Shown here one piece after another: positions 19,922 to 29,422 of a stretch of 52,284 nucleotides of DNA (position 1 is its first letter; each line of letters opens with the position of its first letter). Below the pieces are notes generated by a model, which made no database searches, had not been told where the DNA came from, and worked only from the letters and a program-made list of their open reading frames with translations. Origin of the DNA: Patescibacteria group bacterium (lineage in GTDB: Bacteria > Patescibacteriota > Microgenomatia > UBA8517); contig JBHPHS010000003.1 of assembly GCA_042571305.1 (NCBI GenBank), positions 1 to 52,284 of the forward strand. The letters run 5' to 3'. Both the position numbers and the translations under genes were made by a program.

Positions 19922-20236
19922 TTATTGAACTACTTCAAAAACATCAAGTGGCACACCTGTAATTTTGTAAATAAGCCTTAATATAATATAAGAAAGAAGA
20001 ATTAGTATTAAACCTCCGAGAGCAAGAGTTATGGTCTTCTTTGCTCCTTCAACAGCTTTGGGATCCCCACCTGAAGTTATATATTTAAAACCTCCGACAA
20101 GAAGGAGTACAAAAAAAGTTATTCCCGCAAAACCCAATATTACGCTTGTGACTTTTGCGAAAACGGCCTCGAAATCCTCAATTGTTGCAGGCACACCACC
20201 TTCTGGGTTAGACCAGTTTTGAGCTAACATATTCAT
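19922..20236 (-). CDS. TrbC/VirB2-type pilin
   Basis: Two TMs around GGFKYITSGGDPKAVEGAKKTIT.A..G. Confidence 0.8.
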   Translation of the reverse strand: MNMLAQNWSNPEGGVPATIEDFEAVFAKVTSVILGFAGITFFVLLLVGGFKYITSGGDPKAVEGAKKTITLALGGLILILLSYIILRLIYKITGVPLDVFEVVQ

Positions 20237-20280
20237 ATAACTAAAAGTTTAGTCTAACAAAGCAACTTGAGCAAGGATTA

Positions 20281-20634
20281 TTAAGAGAGAGATGGGATTT
20301 TTACTTCCCAGATAGTGATGCCGAAGAACGTTTGAACAAGAGCAAGTATTGCCCAAGCCGCAAAAACGATAACCAGACCGACCAATGCCGCCGTGATTTG
20401 ATTTCTTGCGTTTTCTGTTTGTTGTTTGTCTCCACCAGAGGCAATCCACCTTATTCCTCCAATAACCAATATGAAAAAGAAAACGATTGCTGCAACAACC
20501 ATAATTAGCTTAATCAGCCCGGAAACAATTGTGGGGACGGTCAAATTTGTAAGTCCTGAAAATTCTCCAACATTATCCTTAAACTTAATAGTCTCTTCCT
20601 GCGCTAATAGCATAACTGATTTCATATTACTCAC
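20281..20634 (-). CDS. TrbC/VirB2-type pilin
   Basis: GGIRWIASGGDKQQTENARNQITAALVG. Confidence 0.8.
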   Translation of the reverse strand: MSNMKSVMLLAQEETIKFKDNVGEFSGLTNLTVPTIVSGLIKLIMVVAAIVFFFILVIGGIRWIASGGDKQQTENARNQITAALVGLVIVFAAWAILALVQTFFGITIWEVKIPSLS

Positions 20635-20638
20635 TATA

Positions 20639-21022
20639 TTATTGAATTTTCAAAATACCTATGTCAAGAGTCAATATGTTTATTCCAAAAAATGCTTCGA
20701 CAATCTTGATTAGAGCAAAGGATGATAGCAATATGACAATTCCAACGAGAGCACTTGTAATTCTTCCCCTTGCGGACTCCATAGCAGTTTTGTCCCCCCC
20801 TGAGGAAATCCACTGAATGGCAGCGATAATTAGAACAAAAAAGAAAATTAAGACGGCAATGATAAAAGCCAGACTAATAAGATTAGGGAGTATTTTTTGG
20901 AAAAAGGTAATTCCTCCTCTGGATGATAAAGACCAGTTCTTTAGGGTTGCACCAAAGGCGGGATTGGTTATACGATCCGCATCCTGATTAAGAAATCCTC
21001 CCCTTGGTATTGATCTATCCAT
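20639..21022 (-). CDS. TrbC/VirB2-type pilin
   Basis: AAIQWISSGGDKTAMESARGRITSALVG. Confidence 0.8.
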   Translation of the reverse strand: MDRSIPRGGFLNQDADRITNPAFGATLKNWSLSSRGGITFFQKILPNLISLAFIIAVLIFFFVLIIAAIQWISSGGDKTAMESARGRITSALVGIVILLSSFALIKIVEAFFGINILTLDIGILKIQ

Positions 21023-21060
21023 TTGTTTATTTGCTGGTTTAGTAAATTAGGTAAATTATT

Positions 21061-21435
21061 TTAATCTAATGTAATATTATCAATTAATTGGCTCACATTA
21101 AGTATATCTGGGATTCCGATTAAGTTTCCAATTAAGTCGATAACAAACAAAGAAGCAATAACGATAGCTAGACCTATGATGCCTGTGGTAATACTTTTTT
21201 TTCCATTTTCTAAAGCTTGCTTATCACCACCAGCTGACATGATCCCAATTGCTCCACCTATAAACTTAAAAACGAACCAGATAATAGCAATGACTGTCAT
21301 GATTCCAATTGTTGATGAAATAAATTTAGTAAAAACTGAAGGTGCAGATGCAGCATCTTTGCCTTCAAGACCTAAAGGACCAAATCCTTTGAATCCTCCT
21401 TCTGGAGCGAGCGGTATGTCAGCTATTAATTTCAT
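21061..21435 (-). CDS. TrbC/VirB2-type pilin
   Basis: GAIGIMSAGGDKQALENGKKSITTGIIG. Confidence 0.8.
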   Translation of the reverse strand: MKLIADIPLAPEGGFKGFGPLGLEGKDAASAPSVFTKFISSTIGIMTVIAIIWFVFKFIGGAIGIMSAGGDKQALENGKKSITTGIIGLAIVIASLFVIDLIGNLIGIPDILNVSQLIDNITLD

Positions 21436-21794
21436 GGTGTTGTTGGGATGGATGGGTTAAGTATAAAATCCCACTGACCAAAAATTAGTTGTCCAAATAT
21501 TGCAGCAAGAACAAAAGCCCCAGCAGTAAACGCGAGCCCTAGCAGAGTTTGCCATATTTTTGCCCAAGCACCTTGAATTTTTTTCTCGTCATCCCCCGCA
21601 GACATAAAAGCATATCCAGCAAGAACTAAATTAATAAGAGCATAAACTCCGGCTCCGATAACAAGGGTTCTTAAGATTATGTTTAGGAAGGTTCCAAGGG
21701 CACCTCCTTGAACGCCCTCGGGATACTTTTCTGTTATTTCAACAGGAAGTTTTATAGTTCCGAAGACGTCATCCACCGCTGATAATTTATTCAT
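21432..21794 (-). CDS. TrbC/VirB2-type pilin
   Basis: AGYAFMSAGDDEKKIQGAWAKIWQTLLG. Confidence 0.8.
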   Translation of the reverse strand: MNKLSAVDDVFGTIKLPVEITEKYPEGVQGGALGTFLNIILRTLVIGAGVYALINLVLAGYAFMSAGDDEKKIQGAWAKIWQTLLGLAFTAGAFVLAAIFGQLIFGQWDFILNPSIPTTP

Positions 21795-21797
21795 TAT

Positions 21798-22112
21798 TTA
21801 AAGAATTTTAATCCCTGTCCAAAGTTCAATTAATTGTACTATCCAATAAGCAACAAATACAACCACAAAGCCAATTAAAGCACTTGTTGCAGATTGTTTC
21901 CCTTTTTCTATTTTTTGAGGATCATTAGATCCTGCCCCCGCAATTATTCCTATTCCCCCCAGGATAAAAAACACCAAAATTGCTAGACCGGCTACAATAA
22001 AAGCTATTTGTATAATTAAGGAAACTAATTCTCCGACCCCCGTAACTTCCTTGAATATGTTACCTCCACTTCCAAGAAAAGTGTCTCCAATAGTTACATC
22101 TGCTAGCTTCAT
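21798..22112 (-). CDS. TrbC/VirB2-type pilin
   Basis: GGIGIIAGAGSNDPQKIEKGKQSATSALIG. Confidence 0.8.
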   Translation of the reverse strand: MKLADVTIGDTFLGSGGNIFKEVTGVGELVSLIIQIAFIVAGLAILVFFILGGIGIIAGAGSNDPQKIEKGKQSATSALIGFVVVFVAYWIVQLIELWTGIKIL

Positions 22113-22444
22113 AAATTTAGAAATATATTCTCAATTACCTGAATATTAAATAAAGTTCCAACAAGTTGCGTAAGCCAGAATGCTATAAAAACAATTACGA
22201 ACCCAACAACGGCGTTGGTAATTTTTCCTCTTGCAGCCTCCATTTTTTTAGGATCCCCCGCGGAAAACATTATTTGAATACCTCCGGAAAGTAAATAAAG
22301 GAGCAGCAGTATTCCTGCAGCTGCAAATATGTATTTAAGAGTGTTTTGGCTGAAGATGGCTCCAATTGTTTTGAACTCAAGATTGGACTCAAAAGCTTTT
22401 TTTTGTATATTTTCTAAGTTTTGTGCCAGCATATTATTTTCCAA
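22109..22444 (-). CDS. TrbC/VirB2-type pilin (real start may be ATG at 22432)
   Basis: GGIQIMFSAGDPKKMEAARGKITNAVVG. Confidence 0.8.
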   Translation of the reverse strand: MENNMLAQNLENIQKKAFESNLEFKTIGAIFSQNTLKYIFAAAGILLLLYLLSGGIQIMFSAGDPKKMEAARGKITNAVVGFVIVFIAFWLTQLVGTLFNIQVIENIFLNL

Positions 22445-23132
22445 ACCCTGGTATTTCTAATATTTTAACACCGACAACATTCAAAATGAAAACAGACAGA
22501 ATTAAAAGAATTAATCCCGATATGGCTGATGTTAAAAGTTCTTTACCAGCTTGTAATCTTTCAGGATTTCCTTGTGAGGTCATAATCATAAATCCCCCAT
22601 ACACAATCAGTAAAAAAGCTATTCCACCCCCAATTCCTATAGACCATTTGAGGATAAATATCAGAAAGTCATTTTGCCCATCACTGCCTAAAACAGGAAT
22701 GCAGCCAATTGCGGTATCAATATAGGTGTCGTCTCCGCAACTCCCATGAACATTACTGTCTGAGTTTGAAAAAGATTGTGTCATTTGTTGATGGAAACCT
22801 GCTTTTGCGGAATCGCAACTTGTCTGACTATCACAGCACCATGTCATCGCGCCGGCTGACAATTGCTGAATGCACATAACGGGTTGAGATCCAGAACAAG
22901 ACTGGAATGCAGTAACTGCGGTACAACCTGCATAGGTTGTTTCAGTAGGAAGTGCTGGTAGTGCAGTTTTCGTACAAACGCCGCTGCTGCAGACAAGGCC
23001 GCTGGTTATGTCACATGTGTTTTGGTAGCAACAAGGACCTCCCTCATACCCGCAAGTTTGCGCGTAAATCTTCGGAGGAAAAAATATAAAAAACAAAAAA
23101 AGTACAGAAACAATGAACAACAATCTTTTCAT
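22434..23132 (-). CDS. TrbC/VirB2-type pilin with signal peptide and Cys-rich N-terminal extension
   Basis: CGYEGGPCC...C..C N-terminal region; TAIGCIP then GGFMIMTSQGNPERLQAGKELLTSAISG. Confidence 0.8.
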   Translation of the reverse strand: MKRLLFIVSVLFLFFIFFPPKIYAQTCGYEGGPCCYQNTCDITSGLVCSSGVCTKTALPALPTETTYAGCTAVTAFQSCSGSQPVMCIQQLSAGAMTWCCDSQTSCDSAKAGFHQQMTQSFSNSDSNVHGSCGDDTYIDTAIGCIPVLGSDGQNDFLIFILKWSIGIGGGIAFLLIVYGGFMIMTSQGNPERLQAGKELLTSAISGLILLILSVFILNVVGVKILEIPGFGK

Positions 23133-23191
23133 ACTTTATTCATTTTAAATCATAATCACAAAATACGGAAGATGGTTGATATAATAAAATA

Positions 23192-24943
23192 ATGCAAAAG
23201 CTGTTTAAGATTTGTTTTACCTTAGTTTTTGTTGTTGTTGTGTTTTTCTTTGCAGGAGTTTTAGTTCAAAAGGTAGTACGAGCAGTTGATTGTTTAAATC
23301 TTGATCCCAAAACTGCCTCTGCCGGAGATGCGGATTATTGTATGGGAGAGCTTGAAAAAATTAAAAGTCAATATGCTCCCGCTCAGCAAAAAAACAAGGA
23401 TGATTTGGCCAAACTTCAATCACAACTTAATGATTTAAATAAAAGAATCTCATCAATGACAAATCTATTAAAAAGTTTAGAAGCAGACATTTTAGAAAGA
23501 GAAGAAGAGCTTGCATACACCAAGGAAATATTTGATAAAAAAACAGACAGCTATTACCGCTTTTTAAGAACTTATGATCCCTTAATGCCCTTTTTATCTT
23601 CAAACAGCGCATCTCAAGCGTTTAAAGAAATAATCTTCAGACAAAAAGTTTCTGAGGAGGATAGAAAAACCATAACTGCATATGCCGAAGATCTATCAAA
23701 ACTTAAAGACGACAAAGCTTCACTTGAGAAAAACAAAGAGAGTTTGGCCTCTGTGCAAAAATCGGTTGGAGAAAAAACTAGCCTCTTAGCGGGAGAAGTT
23801 GCTAAGGTTGATGCATATTTAGCTACCCTTACTGCCAAGCAACAATCATTTTTAGCGGCAAAGCTTGAAAGTTTGGGACTTTCCCGAAGTGCATATAATC
23901 TTAAAGGAGGATGTTCAGATGATCGCGGGGTTGATCCCGGCTTTTCTCCTGCAATTGCTTTCTTTTCTTTTGGGGTACCCAATAGGGTGGGGCTAAATCA
24001 GTTTGGAGCAAAAGGAAGGGCTGAGGCCGGTCAGGATTATCAAGCGATTCTACATGCCTACTATAATGCTGATATAACTTCGGGCTACAGCACCGCAGTT
24101 TCCATAAGGGTGTCTGGAACAAATGAGTATGGACAAAGTTTTAATGACAGCTGGAACATAGAAGAGTATGTCAAACATTTATATGAGATGCCGGCAAGTT
24201 GGCCAATGGAAGCACTAAAAGCCCAAGCGATTGCTGCAAGAAGCTACGCCTTAGCATATACAAACAACGGCGCAGGATCAATTTGCCCCAGTCAATACTG
24301 TCAGGTTGTTAAAAAAGAAATAAACGATGGAAACTGGCAAGCGGCGGTTAACGCCACATCCGGAGTGGTTTTGACAAACGGAGGCTCTCCGGCCAAGGCT
24401 TGGTATTCTTCAACCCATGGAGGCTATGCTTTTAACTCAGGAGATATTGGTTGGTCGGCAACTTCTTGGACGAAAAGGTTAGTTGATGCTTCCTCCTCAG
24501 TTGGAGGCTTTTCGGATCTTTTCAATAGCGCATATGACAAATCATCCTCTATCTTTTACTGTGATTGGGGATCTCGCTCCGCGTACAATAGAACCGCCTG
24601 GCTGAAAGCCGATGAGGTTGCTGATATTGCCAATGTAATTCTACTTGCCAAGGCAGATGCTTCAACAAAATCACACCTCTATCAGGTTGATAAAGCAAAT
24701 CCCGAAGGAACTGACACATGGGACGCGGCTCGGGTGAGGACTGAGCTTTCATCCCGCGGTGTTTCAGCTTTGGGTTCAGCCTCAAGTGTGTCTGTAGGGG
24801 CTGATTTTGGAACCGGTCGCACAACCTCGGTGAGTATTAATGGGGTTAACTTTGACGGTGGTGAATTTAAGGATTTTTTCAATCTTAGAGCCCCATCAAA
24901 CATCCAAATAGTTGGACCACTATTTAACGTGGAAAAGAGGTAA
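23192..24943 (+). CDS. SpoIID/LytB-domain peptidoglycan hydrolase with N-terminal coiled coil
   Basis: EMPASWPMEALKAQAIAARSYAL, CQV, YSSTHGG, GLNQFGAKGRAEAGQDYQAILHAYY. Confidence 0.9.
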   Translation: MQKLFKICFTLVFVVVVFFFAGVLVQKVVRAVDCLNLDPKTASAGDADYCMGELEKIKSQYAPAQQKNKDDLAKLQSQLNDLNKRISSMTNLLKSLEADILEREEELAYTKEIFDKKTDSYYRFLRTYDPLMPFLSSNSASQAFKEIIFRQKVSEEDRKTITAYAEDLSKLKDDKASLEKNKESLASVQKSVGEKTSLLAGEVAKVDAYLATLTAKQQSFLAAKLESLGLSRSAYNLKGGCSDDRGVDPGFSPAIAFFSFGVPNRVGLNQFGAKGRAEAGQDYQAILHAYYNADITSGYSTAVSIRVSGTNEYGQSFNDSWNIEEYVKHLYEMPASWPMEALKAQAIAARSYALAYTNNGAGSICPSQYCQVVKKEINDGNWQAAVNATSGVVLTNGGSPAKAWYSSTHGGYAFNSGDIGWSATSWTKRLVDASSSVGGFSDLFNSAYDKSSSIFYCDWGSRSAYNRTAWLKADEVADIANVILLAKADASTKSHLYQVDKANPEGTDTWDAARVRTELSSRGVSALGSASSVSVGADFGTGRTTSVSINGVNFDGGEFKDFFNLRAPSNIQIVGPLFNVEKR

Positions 24944-24963
24944 AAAGTGATATAATAGGCCAA

Positions 24964-25659
24964 ATGCCTGATATATTCATTTCAGAAGAAAAAAAAGAAG
25001 AAAGTAAAGCTACTGCTCCAACAAAGAAAAAGAAAAAAAAGAAACACAAACATTCTCATAGAAAACCTTTCGCCTACGGTGGACTTCAACCGATGCTTGA
25101 AAAAAAGCCACTCTCATCTTTTATTTTTTACCCTCGTGGTATTGATTTTGAAACAAGAGAGACAAAGGAAGAGGTAATTTTGTTTTTAAGAAAACATCAC
25201 ATAACCAATGTTCCTTGGATTCTTGGTTTGGCGTTATTGTTATTAGTTCCAGTTTTTGCCGGACAACTTGCAATATTGGAAAGTGTTCCTGGTAATTTTG
25301 TTTTTATTTTTACATTGATGTGGTATCTTTTCTGTTTGATATTTTTCATTGAGAAGTTTTTAACTTGGTATTTTAATGTGAATATTGTGACAGATGAAAG
25401 GATCATCGATTTTGATTTTTACCATCTAATCTATAAAGACGTTACAGAAGCTAAAATAGATAAAATTCAGGATGTTAACTACAAATCAGTCGGGGTTTTA
25501 AGAACGATTTTTGACATGGGGGATGTTTTAATACAAACAGCTTCAGAAATTCCCAATTTAGATTTTACCGCTATTCCCAAACCCAATAAGGTGGTTAGAG
25601 TTTTGCAGGATTTAAGAACAGAGGAGGAGCAGGAGGCAATTGAGGGGAGGGTAAGGTGA
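24964..25659 (+). CDS. Membrane protein with bacterial PH domain
   Basis: Two TMs then IVTDERIID, KIQDV, GDVLIQTAS, IPKP.KV. Confidence 0.75.
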   Translation: MPDIFISEEKKEESKATAPTKKKKKKKHKHSHRKPFAYGGLQPMLEKKPLSSFIFYPRGIDFETRETKEEVILFLRKHHITNVPWILGLALLLLVPVFAGQLAILESVPGNFVFIFTLMWYLFCLIFFIEKFLTWYFNVNIVTDERIIDFDFYHLIYKDVTEAKIDKIQDVNYKSVGVLRTIFDMGDVLIQTASEIPNLDFTAIPKPNKVVRVLQDLRTEEEQEAIEGRVR

Positions 25660-25874
25660 TGGAGTTTTTTGGAATAACCTTTTGGGCAGTTGTTAAAATA
25701 TTTGTTTTGATTCTTCTGGTGATGTATATAATATTTTCCGTTGTTGTGGTTCGACAGGTGCAGCTAATGACCAAAGCTCTTGAGGTTGGTTTTGAAACAC
25801 AATTGAGGTTTCTTTCCTTTGCACACTTGATCTTTGCAGTCATTGTATTTTTTATTGCCCTAGCGATTTTGTAA
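25656..25874 (+). CDS. Small two-TM membrane protein (DUF5657-like)
   Basis: YIIFSVVVVRQVQLMTKAL pattern; translationally coupled to neighbours. Confidence 0.65.
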   Translation: MMEFFGITFWAVVKIFVLILLVMYIIFSVVVVRQVQLMTKALEVGFETQLRFLSFAHLIFAVIVFFIALAIL

Positions 25875-27734
25875 ATGTTTAGTTTAACCTCAGCCAAACT
25901 TACGGGCAGCCCGGGGGAGAGTGGTTGGGCTCAAGTACATGAATTTCTACCGGAAGATGTAGAAAAGCTTTCCAAAAGGGGCCGGCTTTTTGCAGTAATT
26001 GCAACTAAAAAACTTGAAGAAGGGGTAGAGAGAATCACTGTAGGCCGTGAGCTATTAGCAAGACTTCACGAAGAGTACTTTGGAGATTTAGAAAAAACCC
26101 CATATGAGGCACTAAAAGGGGCTACTGAGAAAGTTGCTAGGGAGTTTGATCAGTCTGTAGGAGAGATTGAAATTGCAGCGGTTTCCTTGGTTGATAACGT
26201 TGTTTATTCAACCGCCTCGGGGGGTGCCAAGGTATGTGTTTTTAAGCAAGGGATTTTAGCAACAATTCTTGAAAGCACAGGACCATCTTCGATTTCTGCA
26301 TCTGGATATCCAAAAGAGGGCGATATATTAATACTCGGGACAAGCTTATTTTTTGAAACAGCAGCACCTGGTGTTCTAAGAGCCGCACTTGAATCAAAAG
26401 ATGCTCAAAGTGCGGTTGAGTCATTAGCCCCCACTGTTCATGGAAAAGAAAATATTGGAAGTTTGGGAGCTGTGATTGTTTCTTTTAATCAAGGGACAAA
26501 GCTAAGCGAAGCGGTTGTGTCAGAACCTAAAACAAATCTTCCGACAACGTCAAGCATTAAAGATAGATTAACCAAACTTTTTTCCAAAGCAACAAAGCTT
26601 ATTCCAGAAAGAAAGATTTATCTTAAAGGCAAGGTTGAGCCTGAGGAAATAAACCAAGGCAGAAAGACTACTCTTTCAATTGGTGCGATACTACTTATTC
26701 TTTTAATGGTAAGTATTGGTTTTGGGATACGTCAAAAAATAAACAAAGATTACAAAGCAAGTTATGAAATCCAACTTACTCATGCTGAGAGTGATTATCA
26801 GGAAGCATTAGGGCTTTCCTCGGTAAGTGCAGATAAAGCACGCGAGTTATTTCTAAAAAGCCGTGATGGAGTGGATGCAATAATTTCCAAGGGAGTAAAA
26901 GACTCAAGAGTTGATGAGCTAAAAAAGAAAATTGATCAAAGCCAAGGAGAAATCTTGGGTGAGTATTTAGCTGATACGGAGATGTTTCTTGATTTATCTC
27001 TTCTTTCTTCAGGCTTTAACGGAGATGAAATACAAACCTCGGGAGGTAGTTTATATATTCTTGATAAAGCTGGAAAAAAGATAGTTAGTGTTGGTTTGGA
27101 AACCAAAAAAAGCCAGGTTGTAGCAGGACCGGATAAGGTAGAGGATCCAACATATCTTGCCTCTTATGAGGATCGGGTTTTTATTCTTTCTTCATCAGGT
27201 ATATATGAGCTTCAGGATGAAAAAAAGAAGGTCTTGGAAAAAGATTGGCAAGGCGAGGCTTTAATTGCAGCCTATGCAGGAAATATATATATTTTGGATA
27301 AATCCGAGGAAGCAATCTTTAGATACGCCGGTACAGAATCAGGATTTTCCTCTAAACAAAATTGGCTAGGGGCGGGAGTTACACCTGATTTTTCTGATGT
27401 CACATCCTGGGCGATAGATGGATCTGTCTATGTTCTTTTTCCCTCTTCAAACATTCTTAAATACAGTCTAGGAAGTCCCAAGAATTTTTCAGTTCAGGGT
27501 GAATATCCGAAAATAACAAAGATAGATGCTCTTTTTGCCGATCAAGAGGATGAGTTTGTTTATTTGCTTGATAGATCTGGGAAACGTGTGGTGGTGGTTG
27601 ATAAAGACGGAGCTTACAAGGCTCAGTATATTAATGAAAAAGTGGCGGATGCGACCGGACTTGCAGTTTCGGAGGCAGACAAAAAGATAATTCTTCTGGT
27701 TGCCAACAAACTCTACGCAATTGAACTTAAGTAA
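25875..27734 (+). CDS. Single-pass membrane protein: degenerate PP2C-like N-domain, C-terminal beta-propeller
   Basis: GRLFAV and SASG..KEGDILILGT (PP2C-fold-like); central TM; repeated LYILD/IYILD/VYLLD blades. Confidence 0.6.
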   Translation: MFSLTSAKLTGSPGESGWAQVHEFLPEDVEKLSKRGRLFAVIATKKLEEGVERITVGRELLARLHEEYFGDLEKTPYEALKGATEKVAREFDQSVGEIEIAAVSLVDNVVYSTASGGAKVCVFKQGILATILESTGPSSISASGYPKEGDILILGTSLFFETAAPGVLRAALESKDAQSAVESLAPTVHGKENIGSLGAVIVSFNQGTKLSEAVVSEPKTNLPTTSSIKDRLTKLFSKATKLIPERKIYLKGKVEPEEINQGRKTTLSIGAILLILLMVSIGFGIRQKINKDYKASYEIQLTHAESDYQEALGLSSVSADKARELFLKSRDGVDAIISKGVKDSRVDELKKKIDQSQGEILGEYLADTEMFLDLSLLSSGFNGDEIQTSGGSLYILDKAGKKIVSVGLETKKSQVVAGPDKVEDPTYLASYEDRVFILSSSGIYELQDEKKKVLEKDWQGEALIAAYAGNIYILDKSEEAIFRYAGTESGFSSKQNWLGAGVTPDFSDVTSWAIDGSVYVLFPSSNILKYSLGSPKNFSVQGEYPKITKIDALFADQEDEFVYLLDRSGKRVVVVDKDGAYKAQYINEKVADATGLAVSEADKKIILLVANKLYAIELK

Positions 27735-27735
27735 G

Positions 27736-28095
27736 TGGAGACGGAGGGATTTGAACCCTCGTCCGAAAAATTAATATTACAAACGTCTACAAGCTTATCC
27801 TATTTTTTAATTTCCTTTAAAACTTCAAAAATAAGCAAAAAGAGTAAAAAGTAAGATTAAATATTTTCCAACCATCGGCTGTTAATCAGCAACCAATAGA
27901 GTATCTCGACTGGTTTACACCCATTCGGCTCGGCCGAGAATCAAACCTCAGGATGCCTAAAGCTTTACGCGTATGCGTAGGCTAAAGGAGCGTTACTTTC
28001 GTTGACGCTTTTGTTTTGATCTATTTTTACAAGATTAAATCAAACTTGGCTTGCAGTTTGTAAAAGAACTTTCCGTCGAAACCTATGTCGTCCCC
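27736..28095 (-). ncRNA. ssrA: tmRNA
   Basis: 5' GGGGACGACATAGGTTTCGAC, 3' GAGGGTTCAAATCCCTCCGTCTCCA; internal tag frame ...VNESNAPLAYAYA*; adjacent to smpB. Confidence 0.95.
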
Positions 28096-28523
28096 GTGTT
28101 TTTAAACTCTTGAGCGATTTCCCGCTCAATGTCTTTTTTCTTGATTGACTGTCTTTTTTCAAACTTACGCTTGGGTTTTCCCAAGGCTAGCTGAATCTTA
28201 ACTAGACGGCCCTTAGTATATATCGAAGTAGGCACAAGAGTCAACTTTCTTTGCTTCATTTTGGAAGAAAGAGAGGTAAGTTGTCCTCTGTGAAGTAAAA
28301 GCTTTCTTGTTCTGGTTGAGGAGTAATTTGTTAAGTTGGGAACTGGTATATTTGCATTTATTAAATAAGCTTCACTGTCCATAATCCTTGCAGTTGAGGT
28401 AGAAATATCTACCCTACCTATCTTTACTGATTTAACCTCTGCACCCAAAAGAGAAATCCCTGCCTCAATTCTTTCTCCCTCAAGTTTATATGCAAATGAT
28501 GCTTTTTTATTTACTTTTTTCAT
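28083..28523 (-). CDS. smpB: SsrA-binding protein SmpB
   Basis: NKKA, EAGISLLGAEVKS, RTRKLLLH, TLVP, KFEKRQSIK. Confidence 0.97.
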   Translation of the reverse strand: MKKVNKKASFAYKLEGERIEAGISLLGAEVKSVKIGRVDISTSTARIMDSEAYLINANIPVPNLTNYSSTRTRKLLLHRGQLTSLSSKMKQRKLTLVPTSIYTKGRLVKIQLALGKPKRKFEKRQSIKKKDIEREIAQEFKNTGTT

Positions 28524-28566
28524 TCTAAACTCAATTGTACATCACGCGGCAAACCGCGGTTATTCT

Positions 28567-29187
28567 ATGGATGCACTTGACCTTATTTTTCCCAAAAAAT
28601 GTTTGGAATGTGGCAAGGGTGGAAGCTATATTTGTGAAGATTGTATTAAAAAGGTTCCTTTAGGTGGATGGTTTTTCCTACCAGGTTTAAAAGTATATTC
28701 GATATGGAGATATAGAGGTGTGGTAAGAGGTGCAATAATTTCCCTAAAGTATAAATTTGCAACCCAACTAGCAAAAGAACTGATTGATTATGTAGCCCCT
28801 TTATTACACAAACGTAAATTTCTATTAAATGATAAAAAACATGTGATTTTGATACCTGTTGCACTTCACAAAAAACGCAGTAATTTTAGAGGATTTAACC
28901 AATCTGAGTTAATTGGAAAAGAAATTGCCAAAAAAATGAAATGGGGTTATTACCCCAACCTGGTGATAAGGAAGAAAAACACAACCCCCCAAGCTCAACT
29001 TTCAGGTTCTTTTAGGCGTGAGAATATACATAATGCTTTTTGTTTAAATCCAAACATAAAGATTCCTAAATCGAAAGTAATTATCTTTGATGATGTACTC
29101 ACCACAGGCTCAACCCTTTTAGAGGTAAGCAAAGCTCTTAAAGAAGGTGGAAGAAATAAGGTCTTTGGACTGACTCTTGCAAGGTAA
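28567..29187 (+). CDS. comF: ComF-family (zinc ribbon + phosphoribosyltransferase) protein
   Basis: FPKKCLECG...ICEDC, RGFNQSE, IIFDDVLTTGSTL. Confidence 0.93.
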   Translation: MDALDLIFPKKCLECGKGGSYICEDCIKKVPLGGWFFLPGLKVYSIWRYRGVVRGAIISLKYKFATQLAKELIDYVAPLLHKRKFLLNDKKHVILIPVALHKKRSNFRGFNQSELIGKEIAKKMKWGYYPNLVIRKKNTTPQAQLSGSFRRENIHNAFCLNPNIKIPKSKVIIFDDVLTTGSTLLEVSKALKEGGRNKVFGLTLAR

Positions 29188-29191
29188 AACT

Positions 29192-29282
29192 TGGCGGTGA
29201 GGGTGGGATTCGAACCCACGGTAGCCAAAATGACTACAGAAGTTTTCAAGACTTCCGCACTAGGCCTCTATGCGACCTCACC
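29192..29282 (-). tRNA. tRNA-Ser(TGA)
   Basis: Anticodon arm GAAGT-CT TGA AA-ACTTC, long variable arm, GGTTCGAATCCC, encoded CCA. Confidence 0.95.
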
Positions 29283-29288
29283 TTGGGG

Positions 29289-29373
29289 CGGTGGGTGTGG
29301 GAGTCGAACCCACTAGTCCTTTGCAGGACATGGTTTAGCAAACCATTCTCGTCGACCGTCTGAGTCACCCACC
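29289..29373 (-). tRNA. tRNA-Ser(GCT)
   Basis: ATGGT-TT GCT AA-ACCAT arm, variable arm GTCCTGCAAAGGAC, T arm GTGGG-TTCGACT-CCCAC; atypical D region. Confidence 0.85.
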
Positions 29374-29422
29374 TAAAAACAATGCAATTATACCAGATTT
29401 CGGGGTATAATAACCTTAAGAT

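Noticed and set aside
5880-23132. Integrative conjugative element
   Set aside because: No integrase, relaxase, coupling protein or flanking direct repeats seen; embedded among core genes.
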